A stretch of 64,000 bases of DNA from a bacterium (GTDB taxonomy: Bacteria > Zhuqueibacterota > Zhuqueibacteria > Residuimicrobiales > Krinioviventaceae): the NCBI GenBank assembly GCA_963693055.1, contig OY843751.1:6400001-6464000 (forward strand), written 5' to 3'. Shown in pieces: positions 32,307-41,398 of the stretch (its first letter is position 1; the number at the start of each line of letters is the position of its first letter). The notes under the pieces were generated by a model that saw only the letters and a program-made list of their open reading frames with translations, searched no databases and had not been told where the DNA came from. The position numbers and the translations under genes were made by a program.

Positions 32307-33382
32307 CAGTCGGCCCTCCTCTGGTTAGCGGTTACTGCAAGTTTGATCATATATGCTACAATGACAAGACCGGTTACAAAGACCAGTAAAAATAATGCCA
32401 GAATGCTGTACTGTGGTTTTAGGACCAGGCTGTCAGTATTAAAGAATCTATCTAAATACATGCTGCGCAGATTCATGCGGGTTATGACCATAATGATGAT
32501 TGTAACAAGCAGATGCGCAAACGCCGGAATGAATTTGCCCAGAAATCCGGTTATAATGGCGCCAATTGCCAGCAATATTCCGATCATCAGGATAATGGTA
32601 TAGAGCATATTCTGTCCCATGAACTGTAACATGAATTCTTTGGGGATAGCAAGCAGGAACCAGAACCCTACAATGATCTGAACAGATGTGGCGATTGCAA
32701 AGATTTGTAATGATTTTTTCATTTTTACATCAGCACCTTTTTCACCTTTGCGCAGTTTCAGGTACCACAACAAGGCCATAAACATTCCCGCTACCGCAAC
32801 CGAAGCTGTAAGAAAGTGCAGGTATCTTGGTGCCAGCGTGGGCTCGGAAAGATTGAGGTAATTGCCCGCCCGATGTGAGAAATAGGCGCTCCAGTGTTCG
32901 GGCTGCACCATAAGCGTCATATTGTTTACAAAGATAAAAGCGACATAGAGTAGTATTATAACCGTAAACGCGAGCGCGGTTTTTGATAACAGGGCAGAAT
33001 CGTAACGACGGATATGGATATATGCACCATAATATGCTATGATCAACAAGGGGATGATCAAAATCCAGAATACAGCCATTAATACCGAGCTGGAGTAAAA
33101 CAGATGACCATAAATCACCTGGATAAAAAGCAGAGGTGCTACTCCAAAATTGATAGCCAGGGCAAAGGTGGTAGGAACCTTTCCGGCAATGGTTTGATGA
33201 AGACGGTTTTGCAGCGGTTGCGAATCGTCTTTCAAGCGCGAAAAGAGTATGATGAGTGTACCGCCAACCACAATGTTGATAAATAACAGGTGAATAATTA
33301 GTGTGATGACATCCAGAGTCAGGAATATCCAGGATGGGGCCGGAATCGTATCCGGTGTTGGTACCAGGGACAGATTTTGCAT
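32306..33382 (-). CDS. Polytopic membrane partner subunit, distant CydA-like
   Basis: Multiple TM helices; IHLLFIN, GVAPLLFIQVIY, PRYLHF; TGATG overlap with the next gene. Confidence 0.7.
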   Translation of the reverse strand: MQNLSLVPTPDTIPAPSWIFLTLDVITLIIHLLFINIVVGGTLIILFSRLKDDSQPLQNRLHQTIAGKVPTTFALAINFGVAPLLFIQVIYGHLFYSSSVLMAVFWILIIPLLIIAYYGAYIHIRRYDSALLSKTALAFTVIILLYVAFIFVNNMTLMVQPEHWSAYFSHRAGNYLNLSEPTLAPRYLHFLTASVAVAGMFMALLWYLKLRKGEKGADVKMKKSLQIFAIATSVQIIVGFWFLLAIPKEFMLQFMGQNMLYTIILMIGILLAIGAIITGFLGKFIPAFAHLLVTIIIMVITRMNLRSMYLDRFFNTDSLVLKPQYSILALFLLVFVTGLVIVAYMIKLAVTANQRRAD

Positions 33383-33425
33383 AAACTACCTCTCAATTGA
33401 AGCGAACTGTAAGAATTATCCATAT

Positions 33426-33458
33426 AAAAAAGGCCGGTGTCCGAGACGAAACCGGCCT
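33426..33458 (-). terminator. Intrinsic terminator
   Basis: aggccggt/accggcct stem with U-tract on the minus strand. Confidence 0.75.
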
Positions 33459-33464
33459 GAATTC

Positions 33465-33800
33465 TCAATCTTTTACCATTGCTTTACGTAGGTCGTTTTT
33501 CAAATGATGGATTTTGCGACGTAACGATTTTAATTCACGTTTATCATAGCCTGCTGTTGCAAGCAGCTTGTCGCGCTGTTCTTTCATACCTTTGATTTTT
33601 TTCTTGATACCGGTTTTATCAACTCCCTCGATATGTTTATGCACATGCATATCGATATCAAGGGCTTTACAAATTCCTTCGAGTAAATGCTCTTTGTTCA
33701 TTTGTGTGTAGCCTTGAACTGCCTCATTTTCAATACCCTTGGCAATTTCCCGGAGGTCGGCTACTGTTTTATGTTTGAGCTCATCAAACGTATAAGACAT
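33465..33800 (-). CDS. Small basic protein with Rho-N-like helix-extension-helix domain
   Basis: AGGAGG before ATG 33800; ELKHKTVADLREIAK...GY..MNKEHLL; Lys-rich coiled-coil tail. Confidence 0.65.
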   Translation of the reverse strand: MSYTFDELKHKTVADLREIAKGIENEAVQGYTQMNKEHLLEGICKALDIDMHVHKHIEGVDKTGIKKKIKGMKEQRDKLLATAGYDKRELKSLRRKIHHLKNDLRKAMVKD

Positions 33801-34053
33801 GGTGTGCCTCCTGTTAGGTTGTTTAATGCCTGTCGGAATATCATCGAGAGAGTGTAGGAAAAGTTTAGAAATCTGAATTCGATATATTAATATGTATTGA
33901 GAATATTCAAATTTATCAAGGATTTTCTTGCAAAACATATAAAAATGTATTTTTTTTGTTTCTTTTAAACATATTTTTTAGTGATTTTAAATTTTCAGCT
34001 TGTATATTGAAACAAGCTGTTTATATTTATACACATTTACGGTTTGGTTGATA

Positions 34054-35772
34054 ATGAAAAAACATGTTTTTATATATTTCTTTGTTGTTTGGGTCCTGTT
34101 TTCTGAATTAATGGGACAGGATACGGCTCTACCTCCCTATGAAATTTCTCTTGAGAACAAAATTATTTATCCCCTGGCAGACTGGAAGTTCAAAGCGGGT
34201 GACCAGCTAGAATGGGCAGACCCTGCGTACAATGATTCTTTGTGGCAGCAATCAAAAGATATTAAAAAGAAAAATACAGAGCTGCCCGTTGTCTGGTTCC
34301 GGAAGAAATTTGAAATCAGTGGTTCCGTAGATCAAACGGATATGCCCATCATTACAGCGATTCAACTTGCCAAAGCTTTTCAGGTTTACTGGGATGGCCA
34401 GTTAATTGGTACCAATGGAGACCCGGATACGATTCCTCCTCAATATGGTGATATGATAAAAAGCTGTATAATTCCTCAGAATCTGCTGGAACCGGGCGAA
34501 CATTTACTTGCTGTGCGGGTGAATAACGATTTTCAAAAGATATATAAACGGTATCGTATCTATTTTACTTTTGAAAATAATATGAAGAACATTCGGGGTA
34601 AAACCATACCGGTTTACCATTTTAAAAACGGATTTGAACTGCTGGCGATTATGCTCAGCCTGGCCTTGTTTATTGGTACACGGCATACTTCTTATTTTTT
34701 CTTTGGTATGCACCGTATAGGATATGGTATTTTTACCCTGTATATTTATCTGCTTTACAGCTATCCCATTTCCATGAAATATAATGATTTGATTATGGGA
34801 TTTGTTCAGGTTTTCGATCCGCTTTCGTATGTGTTCCTGGGATTATTTGTATTATACTTTTTTGATATTCCCCGGAAAAAGCTGCATCTTTTACTGCAAC
34901 TGGCAGTGTTTGTTTTTATTTATGTTTTTATAGGCATTCGTTACACGCCGGTTGTCATGTTTTATACCCTTGCATTGGGGCTTTGGGCTGTGATTAGCAA
35001 ACGTCCCAGCAGTATTCTGGTATTTATTGGATTGTTACTGGTAACGCTGGATTTTAATATTGGTTTTGTAATTCAATTGGGATTCAACACCGGCTTTTAT
35101 CCGGATTTTATTTTTGTATTTCTGGCGTTATTGTCCATTAGTCGGCAGGTGAGTCGTCAGGAAAAAGAGTTGCAGCATGTACAATTGCATAATGCCAGGT
35201 TGGAAGCGGATCTGCTAAAAAAGAACATTCAGCCGCATTTTTTAATGAATACGCTGCTAACCATCATATCCTTAATCAAGACACACCCTGAAAAAGCCAT
35301 AGAGTTGATCCGTGCCCTTGCCGATGAATTCAGGATTATCAATAAAATCTCTTCTGAACGTACCATTCGTATCGATAAAGAAGTAGAGCTTTGCCAGAGA
35401 CATTTGCAGATCATGGGGCTGCGCAAAAGCGCTCATTATGAACTGGTTGTAAATGAACTGGATGGTGCGGCAATGGTGCCGCCTATGCTGTTTCATACCT
35501 TGATTGAAAATGGCATAACCCATGCGTATGAAGCTTATGAAAGCGGTACCTTTTACTTGTCCGGTAAAAAGGAAAATGGATATACCCGTTATACATTAAA
35601 GAATACGGTAGGTAATGAGCATACCGCTGATGATAACAAGGGTCTTGAAGAAGGTATGGGGCTTAAATATGTACGTGCGCGATTGGAAGAGAGTTTTTCT
35701 GGCAAATGGGGTCTTGATTACGGCAGAGAGAATGGTAACTGGTATGTAAATATAGAGTTGAGGGGGGAGTAA
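34054..35772 (+). CDS. LytS/YehU-type sensor histidine kinase with periplasmic sugar-binding-like domain
   Basis: IQPHFLMNTL H-box; PPMLFHTLIENG; GMGL; N-terminal WKFKAGD...W.RK.F domain; TM block. Confidence 0.88.
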   Translation: MKKHVFIYFFVVWVLFSELMGQDTALPPYEISLENKIIYPLADWKFKAGDQLEWADPAYNDSLWQQSKDIKKKNTELPVVWFRKKFEISGSVDQTDMPIITAIQLAKAFQVYWDGQLIGTNGDPDTIPPQYGDMIKSCIIPQNLLEPGEHLLAVRVNNDFQKIYKRYRIYFTFENNMKNIRGKTIPVYHFKNGFELLAIMLSLALFIGTRHTSYFFFGMHRIGYGIFTLYIYLLYSYPISMKYNDLIMGFVQVFDPLSYVFLGLFVLYFFDIPRKKLHLLLQLAVFVFIYVFIGIRYTPVVMFYTLALGLWAVISKRPSSILVFIGLLLVTLDFNIGFVIQLGFNTGFYPDFIFVFLALLSISRQVSRQEKELQHVQLHNARLEADLLKKNIQPHFLMNTLLTIISLIKTHPEKAIELIRALADEFRIINKISSERTIRIDKEVELCQRHLQIMGLRKSAHYELVVNELDGAAMVPPMLFHTLIENGITHAYEAYESGTFYLSGKKENGYTRYTLKNTVGNEHTADDNKGLEEGMGLKYVRARLEESFSGKWGLDYGRENGNWYVNIELRGE

Positions 35773-35777
35773 TCTGC

Positions 35778-36494
35778 ATGAAGGTTTTGATCATAGAAGA
35801 TGAACCCCCCATTGCGGATTTTATTGAAGAGACAGCACAGCAGGTACTGGGGAGTGAGCTGACCTCTATATCCAAGGTCCATACGGTTGAACGGGCGCTT
35901 TTATTTTTATCTGAGCATTCTATTGATGTTTGCCTTTTGGACCTGAATCTGAACGGTAAAGACGGTTATGATCTGCTGCAGCATTCAGTAGCGGGATCTT
36001 TTCATACAATCATTATCTCGGCATATACAGACCAGGCGGTGCATGCGTTTGAATATGGTGTTCTGGATTTTGTGCCAAAACCTTTTGACGCAGAACGTCT
36101 CCAAAAAGCCTTTGACCGCTATTTTAATTTGTCTTACCGTCATGATCTGGCAATACGCTATTTAACAGTAAAAGATCAGAGCGGCATACGGGTACTGGAT
36201 GTAAATCGCTTTAAATATTTTATGGGTGCGGATAATTATGTAGAGGGGTACATGACGGATGGGCATATGGAACTGTTGGACAAGCCCATATATCGATTAA
36301 TTCAGATTCTTCCGCATCGGTTTGTACAAATTCATCGTTCATGCATTGCAGATATTGAACATGTTAAATCATTTGGTCACGCGGGGCAAGGGAAATATAA
36401 TCTAACTTTGGATTCCGGAGAAATTTTACCACTGAGCAGGTCTAAATATAAAGCTTTGCAAAAACATTTTGAAGTTAACCCCGGTATATTGTAA
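35778..36494 (+). CDS. LytTR family response regulator
   Basis: IIEDE, LLDLNL, DFVPKP receiver; FVQIHRSCI and LPLSRS LytTR motifs. Confidence 0.92.
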   Translation: MKVLIIEDEPPIADFIEETAQQVLGSELTSISKVHTVERALLFLSEHSIDVCLLDLNLNGKDGYDLLQHSVAGSFHTIIISAYTDQAVHAFEYGVLDFVPKPFDAERLQKAFDRYFNLSYRHDLAIRYLTVKDQSGIRVLDVNRFKYFMGADNYVEGYMTDGHMELLDKPIYRLIQILPHRFVQIHRSCIADIEHVKSFGHAGQGKYNLTLDSGEILPLSRSKYKALQKHFEVNPGIL

Positions 36495-36572
36495 TTCACC
36501 CAGCAACATTTTGTGATTCCTTTTTTCTTTATTATTATTAACCAGGAAATTGAAAATATTAGGGAGATGGAA

Positions 36573-39500
36573 ATGAAAAAGGTTTTACTTTTTTGTTTGA
36601 TGATATTCATGTCTTTTAATTTGTTTGCCTCTAACGGAAACTCGGTCAAAGTGTTGGTGCTATTGTCAGAACGCTATGGGCCTAATTATTTTTTAAACCG
36701 GGATGCAATGGATGAATACGGTTGGGATATTACCTTGACGGGACTCACTGAAGAAGTTAAACCGTGTCCATTTTTTGACAACGTGTTTCCCATTACAGTT
36801 GACAGCTTGATTTCAGATATTAAAGATATTATGGCGTACGATGTTCTGGCCCTCATGCCGGTAAGATGGAGGTCAGGAACACCCTATAAAGAAGTGTTGG
36901 AAGATTCAACCACCATGACATTAATTAAAACCGCAGTAGATTCGGGTCTTGTCTTTTGGACCTCATGCGCCGGGGTCCGAGTGCTGGCGGCCGCAGACCT
37001 TTTAAATGATGTAGATATTATTGGTACTGCCAAGTACCAGGACGAATATGTGGCCGCCGGCGCAAACTATTTGGGAGATGATCATCATCCGGTTATTGAC
37101 GGTAATATTATCTCGTGTGTGCGCGACCAGTATTATTATTTGCATAATATTGACGCTATTGCAACGGTGCTTGAGCAAAATGCCCGGAACCAGAATGGAT
37201 CGGCAGTATCCGGAGAGTTGGCAAATAGCCTGGCAGATATTCAGGATGACGATTTAATTTGGGCCAAAACCATTGGCGGATCCGGTTCTGAAGGCGGCAA
37301 AGCAATTATCCAAACGCAGGATGGCGGGTTTGCAATAGCAGGGTATACCAACTCGAACAGTAATGGCTATACGGATTTGCTGGTGCTGAAAACCGATGCT
37401 GACGGCAATGCCGAGTGGAGCAGTACCTTTGGCGGTACCGGCTGGGAATATGGTTATGGTATTGCGGAAACCGCGGATGGCGGGTATGTGGTTACCGGGT
37501 ATACCACATCGGAAAATATGAACAAGGATGTATACCTTGTTAAAGCAGATAATACAGGTAACCTCGTTTGGGAAAAAACATTCGGGTCTGACGGACTGGA
37601 GGTTGGATATTCCGTTTGCGTAACAACGGATGATGATATTTTGATTTGTGGATTTACGGATGCTGATACCAATGGTGAAGAAGATCTGTATGTAATCAAA
37701 ACGGATGATCAGGGTGATTTGATTTGGTCACAAACCTATGGTGAAGAACGGTCAGAGATCGGTCAGTCAATCAAGCAGGCTGCGGATGGCAGTTATATGG
37801 TCATTGGCGCTACCGGGTCAGCATTTAACACTGGCAATCAGGATGTTTGGATGCTGAATCTTGCCGAGAATGGCGATATGAACTGGAACAAGACTTTTGG
37901 CAATACCTCTGATTCCTTCCCCTTTGACTGGGGTAAATCAGCAAGCCAGATGAATACGGGAGAATGGATTATTGCCGGAAACAGCAACATTGTATCTCCT
38001 ATGCAGGCATATGTGGTCAAAACAGATTCAGCCGGAAATCAGGAATGGCAGCTCAATTATGGAGATACCTTTTATGATTATGGCAACAGTGTTTGTGTTA
38101 ATGATGACGGTTCGTTTCTGGTTGCGGGAGCAACCAAGGTTCCGGGAACATTGTATAACCAACTCTATTTGCGGTATTTTGATGAAAACGCAAATGAACT
38201 GTGGACCAAATCCCTTGGTGGAGACAATACGGAATGGGCAAACGCGGTATGCTCGGTACAGGATGGCTTTGTAGTACTGGGTCACACCTGCTCAATGGGT
38301 GCCGGAAAACATGATATACTCTTGCTCAAAGTATCCAACATTGTTCAGGGAGTGGATGTTTTGCCGGGTACCGGTCATGCTCCCCTTGAGGTAGAATTTG
38401 AGGACCACTCTTATGGCTATATTGAATCTTATGAATGGGATTTTGATAGTGATGGTACCATAGATTCATATGAAAAAAGTCCGGTGTTTGTGTTTGAAAC
38501 TCCCGGCGAGTATACCGTCAGTTTGACCTTGAACGGGGGTGGAGTTACAAAGAACTATGAGTTTGAAAATTGTGTACGTGTGTTTAACGGAGAAAGCTCG
38601 CTTTTATTCAACACAGACAGCAGTTACGCCAAATGCCAGCCAACGGATGAACTGAATTTGACGCAAAACCTGACCCTTGAAGCATGGGTAAAACCCTATA
38701 ATTATGGCTCATACGAGTTTGGGAGGATTATTGATAAAGAAAATTTTTCGCTGCATTTGATAGGTGATATACCCGGAATGAACAAAAACAGCGTATCTTT
38801 TTATTTGATCAACAGTAATAATACCATCAGTTATACGGACTCTAAAGAGAATGCGGTACAGCTAAACGAGTGGCAGCATTTTGCTGTGACCTATGAGGCG
38901 GCTACCAGTACGGCAAAAATGTATATTAACGGTGTACTGCAAGAAGCGGATTATTTATATGGTGTGCCTGATGGAGAGGTCATGTTTAACGGCAATTTTG
39001 CTTTGAATATTGGCAACAATATTGATCATAATCTTGCTTTTAACGGATTGATTGATGAAGTGCGTGTTTGGAATATAGTCCGTACTGAACAAGAGATCAG
39101 TACATGGATGTATGATTTTGTAGAAAATGACGCACCAGGATTAATCGGTTACTGGCACATGAATGAAGGCAATGGTAGCGAGCTGACGGATCTCTCGGAC
39201 CATCATAACGATGCTGAAATAGCAAATGTGGTTTGGAAGAATGGAGTGGATGTATTGACCGGAATTGTGGATACAAACTCGGGAGATGCCATGCTGCCGC
39301 AAACCTACGAGCTGGAGCAGAATTATCCCAATCCTTTTAATCCTGTAACCACCATTCGCTTTGCATTGCCCAAAGCTTCGTATGTGAAATTAGATGTATA
39401 TGATATACAGGGACGGCTGGTTAAATCTCTTGCGGATGTCTCGCAAATGCAGGCGGGATATTATACCGCGCAATGGGACGGCACCAATGCGGTAGGAATA

Positions 39501-39581
39501 AAAGTCAGTACAGGAGTTTATTTTTACAGAATACAGACCCGGGATTTTTTAGAATCCAAAAAGATGGTCTATATCAGATAA
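36573..39581 (+). CDS. Secreted multidomain protein: DJ-1/PfpI-like + beta-propeller + PKD + LamG + FlgD/T9SS-like C-terminal domain
   Basis: TSCAGV.VLAAAD; W.KTFGG repeats; WDFDSDG; LTLEAWVKP/WQHFAVTY/IDEVRVWN; QNYPNPFNP. Confidence 0.85.
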   Translation: MKKVLLFCLMIFMSFNLFASNGNSVKVLVLLSERYGPNYFLNRDAMDEYGWDITLTGLTEEVKPCPFFDNVFPITVDSLISDIKDIMAYDVLALMPVRWRSGTPYKEVLEDSTTMTLIKTAVDSGLVFWTSCAGVRVLAAADLLNDVDIIGTAKYQDEYVAAGANYLGDDHHPVIDGNIISCVRDQYYYLHNIDAIATVLEQNARNQNGSAVSGELANSLADIQDDDLIWAKTIGGSGSEGGKAIIQTQDGGFAIAGYTNSNSNGYTDLLVLKTDADGNAEWSSTFGGTGWEYGYGIAETADGGYVVTGYTTSENMNKDVYLVKADNTGNLVWEKTFGSDGLEVGYSVCVTTDDDILICGFTDADTNGEEDLYVIKTDDQGDLIWSQTYGEERSEIGQSIKQAADGSYMVIGATGSAFNTGNQDVWMLNLAENGDMNWNKTFGNTSDSFPFDWGKSASQMNTGEWIIAGNSNIVSPMQAYVVKTDSAGNQEWQLNYGDTFYDYGNSVCVNDDGSFLVAGATKVPGTLYNQLYLRYFDENANELWTKSLGGDNTEWANAVCSVQDGFVVLGHTCSMGAGKHDILLLKVSNIVQGVDVLPGTGHAPLEVEFEDHSYGYIESYEWDFDSDGTIDSYEKSPVFVFETPGEYTVSLTLNGGGVTKNYEFENCVRVFNGESSLLFNTDSSYAKCQPTDELNLTQNLTLEAWVKPYNYGSYEFGRIIDKENFSLHLIGDIPGMNKNSVSFYLINSNNTISYTDSKENAVQLNEWQHFAVTYEAATSTAKMYINGVLQEADYLYGVPDGEVMFNGNFALNIGNNIDHNLAFNGLIDEVRVWNIVRTEQEISTWMYDFVENDAPGLIGYWHMNEGNGSELTDLSDHHNDAEIANVVWKNGVDVLTGIVDTNSGDAMLPQTYELEQNYPNPFNPVTTIRFALPKASYVKLDVYDIQGRLVKSLADVSQMQAGYYTAQWDGTNAVGIKVSTGVYFYRIQTRDFLESKKMVYIR

Positions 39582-39617
39582 AATACCTCCGGTAAAGGTA
39601 TAGCAGCACAACCAATG

Positions 39618-39653
39618 AAAAGGTCCCTGTTTTAAACGGGGGCCTTTTTTTTT
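39618..39653 (+). terminator. Intrinsic terminator
   Basis: aggtccctgtt/aacgggggcct stem followed by T9. Confidence 0.85.
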
Positions 39654-39669
39654 AATAATTGAACAAATT

Positions 39670-39709
39670 TATGATCGCGATGCAGATTTCTGCATCGTGA
39701 AATATCATA
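39670..39709. repeat. REP-like palindrome
   Basis: tatgat-cgcgatgcaga-tt-tctgcatcgtg-aaat-atcata. Confidence 0.5.
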
Positions 39710-39880
39710 TAGGGACATTCGTCCAGTAATCGCTTTTTTACCACCCGGTATTAGCCAACTGACGGATCGGGATGTATTTAAGGACAATGGCCGTTTACTC
39801 TTTCTCCTTCTGGTCCTAATCTTCTCGGTTAGTGATAACCGATAACGATAATAAAAAATTGTTCAAGAACACATTGCCCC

Positions 39881-39909
39881 TTGACAAGATCGAAAAATTT
39901 ATCTATCCT
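39881..39909 (+). promoter_or_regulatory. Sigma70-type promoter of cassette 1
   Basis: TTGACA (39881-86)-17 nt-TATCCT (39904-09). Confidence 0.75.
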
Positions 39910-39912
39910 AAA

Positions 39913-40062
39913 AAGAGTGCTGGATTGTAAGTTTTATCGAGCGACGAGGGAACTCTCTTGTAATTCAGCGCTACACGGGGTCGTACTACACGTGAATACT
40001 GTAATCTAATTCGCAAAGAGATGCTTATGTACTGTGGGGTACAATATGAAAACAAGGGGAAA
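39913..40062 (+). ncRNA. Candidate structured 5' leader RNA, copy 1 (family not recognised)
   Basis: 10 differences from 41229-41379; long P1 stem starting near the predicted +1; compensatory change between copies. Confidence 0.65.
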
Positions 40063-40081
40063 CGCTTTAATGGCTTCGTAG
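40046..40081 (+). CDS. Candidate 11-aa leader peptide MKTRGNALMAS
   Basis: Same length and stop position as 41363..41398; third-position-biased divergence. Confidence 0.4.
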   Translation: MKTRGNALMAS

Positions 40082-40146
40082 AGAATATTCTTATCCATAA
40101 TTATTTTTTTGATCATAATCGAATAATATTCATACAGGAGTTATAG

Positions 40147-40812
40147 ATGAAATTTAAAATTATTTCGTTAATTGTTTTGACCATGAGCATAACCATGCAA
40201 ACCGCGCAGGGTGCGATTGGTCTGAAAGCTGGTGTGAATTATATATATTTTAAGAACAAGGACATTCAATCCGAACCGGCAGAGATGTGGGGAATTTTCA
40301 AAGATTTCCATTTAAGCAAACGTTTTTCGCTTGCCCCGGAATTATTGATCAGCCATAAAAGAGGCAAGCTTTATAACGTAAGAGAAGCACCATGGTGGCT
40401 TTCTTCAAATGGAATAATTAATCATATAAATATTCAAATTCATACTGTTTTTTTAGAAATACCTGTCCTGTTACAATTTTCATTATTTACCAAAGACCAA
40501 TTTACCTTAAACCTGATTGCAGGTCCATCACTTTCAATCGGGTTTAGTGATAAATCGAAAAAGACGATTATACGACAGGACAAATATTTAACAGAACCAG
40601 AAAATTTACAATATGATTACAAATATGCTGATTATAACAGATTCTCCAAATATGGAAAATGTTGGAATTTTGGTATAGAATTAGTCTGGCGCAGGTTTTC
40701 ACTGGAATGCCGATACAGCAATATCAATTATGATCTGGATATGATCGCTGATCTTTGGTTTAAGGAAGAACTCATGCATTCGCTGGCATTAATTGGCGGG
40801 ATACGTTTCTAA
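40147..40812 (+). CDS. Outer-membrane beta-barrel (OMP_b-brl_2/'porin family'-like)
   Basis: GLKAGVNY, FLEIPVLLQF, AGPSLS; C-terminal Phe (GGIRF); signal peptide; AGGAG RBS. Confidence 0.82.
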   Translation: MKFKIISLIVLTMSITMQTAQGAIGLKAGVNYIYFKNKDIQSEPAEMWGIFKDFHLSKRFSLAPELLISHKRGKLYNVREAPWWLSSNGIINHINIQIHTVFLEIPVLLQFSLFTKDQFTLNLIAGPSLSIGFSDKSKKTIIRQDKYLTEPENLQYDYKYADYNRFSKYGKCWNFGIELVWRRFSLECRYSNINYDLDMIADLWFKEELMHSLALIGGIRF

Positions 40813-40833
40813 CACAATATAAGGGGAAGTAAA

Positions 40834-41124
40834 ATGAAACAATGTATAAAAGTAGTTTTGATTATTTTATGTTTGACAATAATATCACAATCTCATGCAC
40901 AAATAATAAATGACAATAAAATTCCGGCATCAACCAGGCCTTTGTGGCACCAGGCAGGTCTGTTACCCACAAGCAGAACATTATCACCAGAGACACCAAC
41001 TATAGCAGACAATCTGGTTGTAATTAATGCAAATTCAAGTACATCGGTTGATGATCAAATTGATAACGCAATAACCAACGCAACGGGAACAACAATTATA
41101 TATTCCACCCGGAACTTCCGATGA
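40834..41124 (+). pseudogene. Truncated N-terminus of a secreted, probably parallel beta-helix (pectate-lyase superfamily) protein
   Basis: Signal peptide, W.QAGL, D.QI..AI..A.GTTIIY; tat-t-cca-ccc-gga-act would read Y-F-P-P-G-T with 2 more T; no downstream body. Confidence 0.55.
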
Positions 41125-41192
41125 GCCGGGCCATTAAACACCTCAATATTTTGGAATATAGTAAAAAAATTTTCTATTTATCATAATTTATC

Positions 41193-41221
41193 TTGACAAA
41201 AATAAAATTTTTATTTATTCT
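41193..41221 (+). promoter_or_regulatory. Sigma70-type promoter of cassette 2
   Basis: TTGACA (41193-98)-17 nt-TATTCT (41216-21). Confidence 0.75.
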
Positions 41222-41228
41222 AAGAAAG

Positions 41229-41379
41229 AAGAGTGCTGGATGCGTAAATTTTAACGAGTGACGAGGGAACTCGTTTGTAATTCAGCGCTACACGGGGTCG
41301 TACTATACGTGAATACTGTAATCTAATTCGCAAAGAGATGCTCATGTACTGTGGGGTACAATATGAAAGCAAGGGGAAA
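41229..41379 (+). ncRNA. Candidate structured 5' leader RNA, copy 2
   Basis: Direct repeat of 39913-40062, again behind a promoter and ahead of a beta-barrel gene. Confidence 0.65.
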
Positions 41380-41398
41380 AATCTTGATACCGCCATAG
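41363..41398 (+). CDS. Candidate 11-aa leader peptide MKARGKILIPP
   Basis: Collinear with 40046..40081. Confidence 0.4.
   Translation: MKARGKILIPP

Noticed and set aside
36475-36502. TT(A/C)ACCC direct repeat as a LytTR binding site
   Set aside because: Only 7 bp with a mismatch, a 20-bp period, and partly inside coding sequence; too weak.
37260-38330. Repetitive W.KTFGG units as DGR or variable repeats
   Set aside because: Ordinary beta-propeller blades, diverged at the DNA level; no reverse transcriptase or template repeat in the window.
39913-40062. Leader as hammerhead/hatchet ribozyme or c-di-GMP/SAM riboswitch
   Set aside because: GACGAG-GGAA-CTC lacks the CUGA and GAAA hammerhead core, and the other consensus cores are absent by eye. 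An Rfam scan is still needed.
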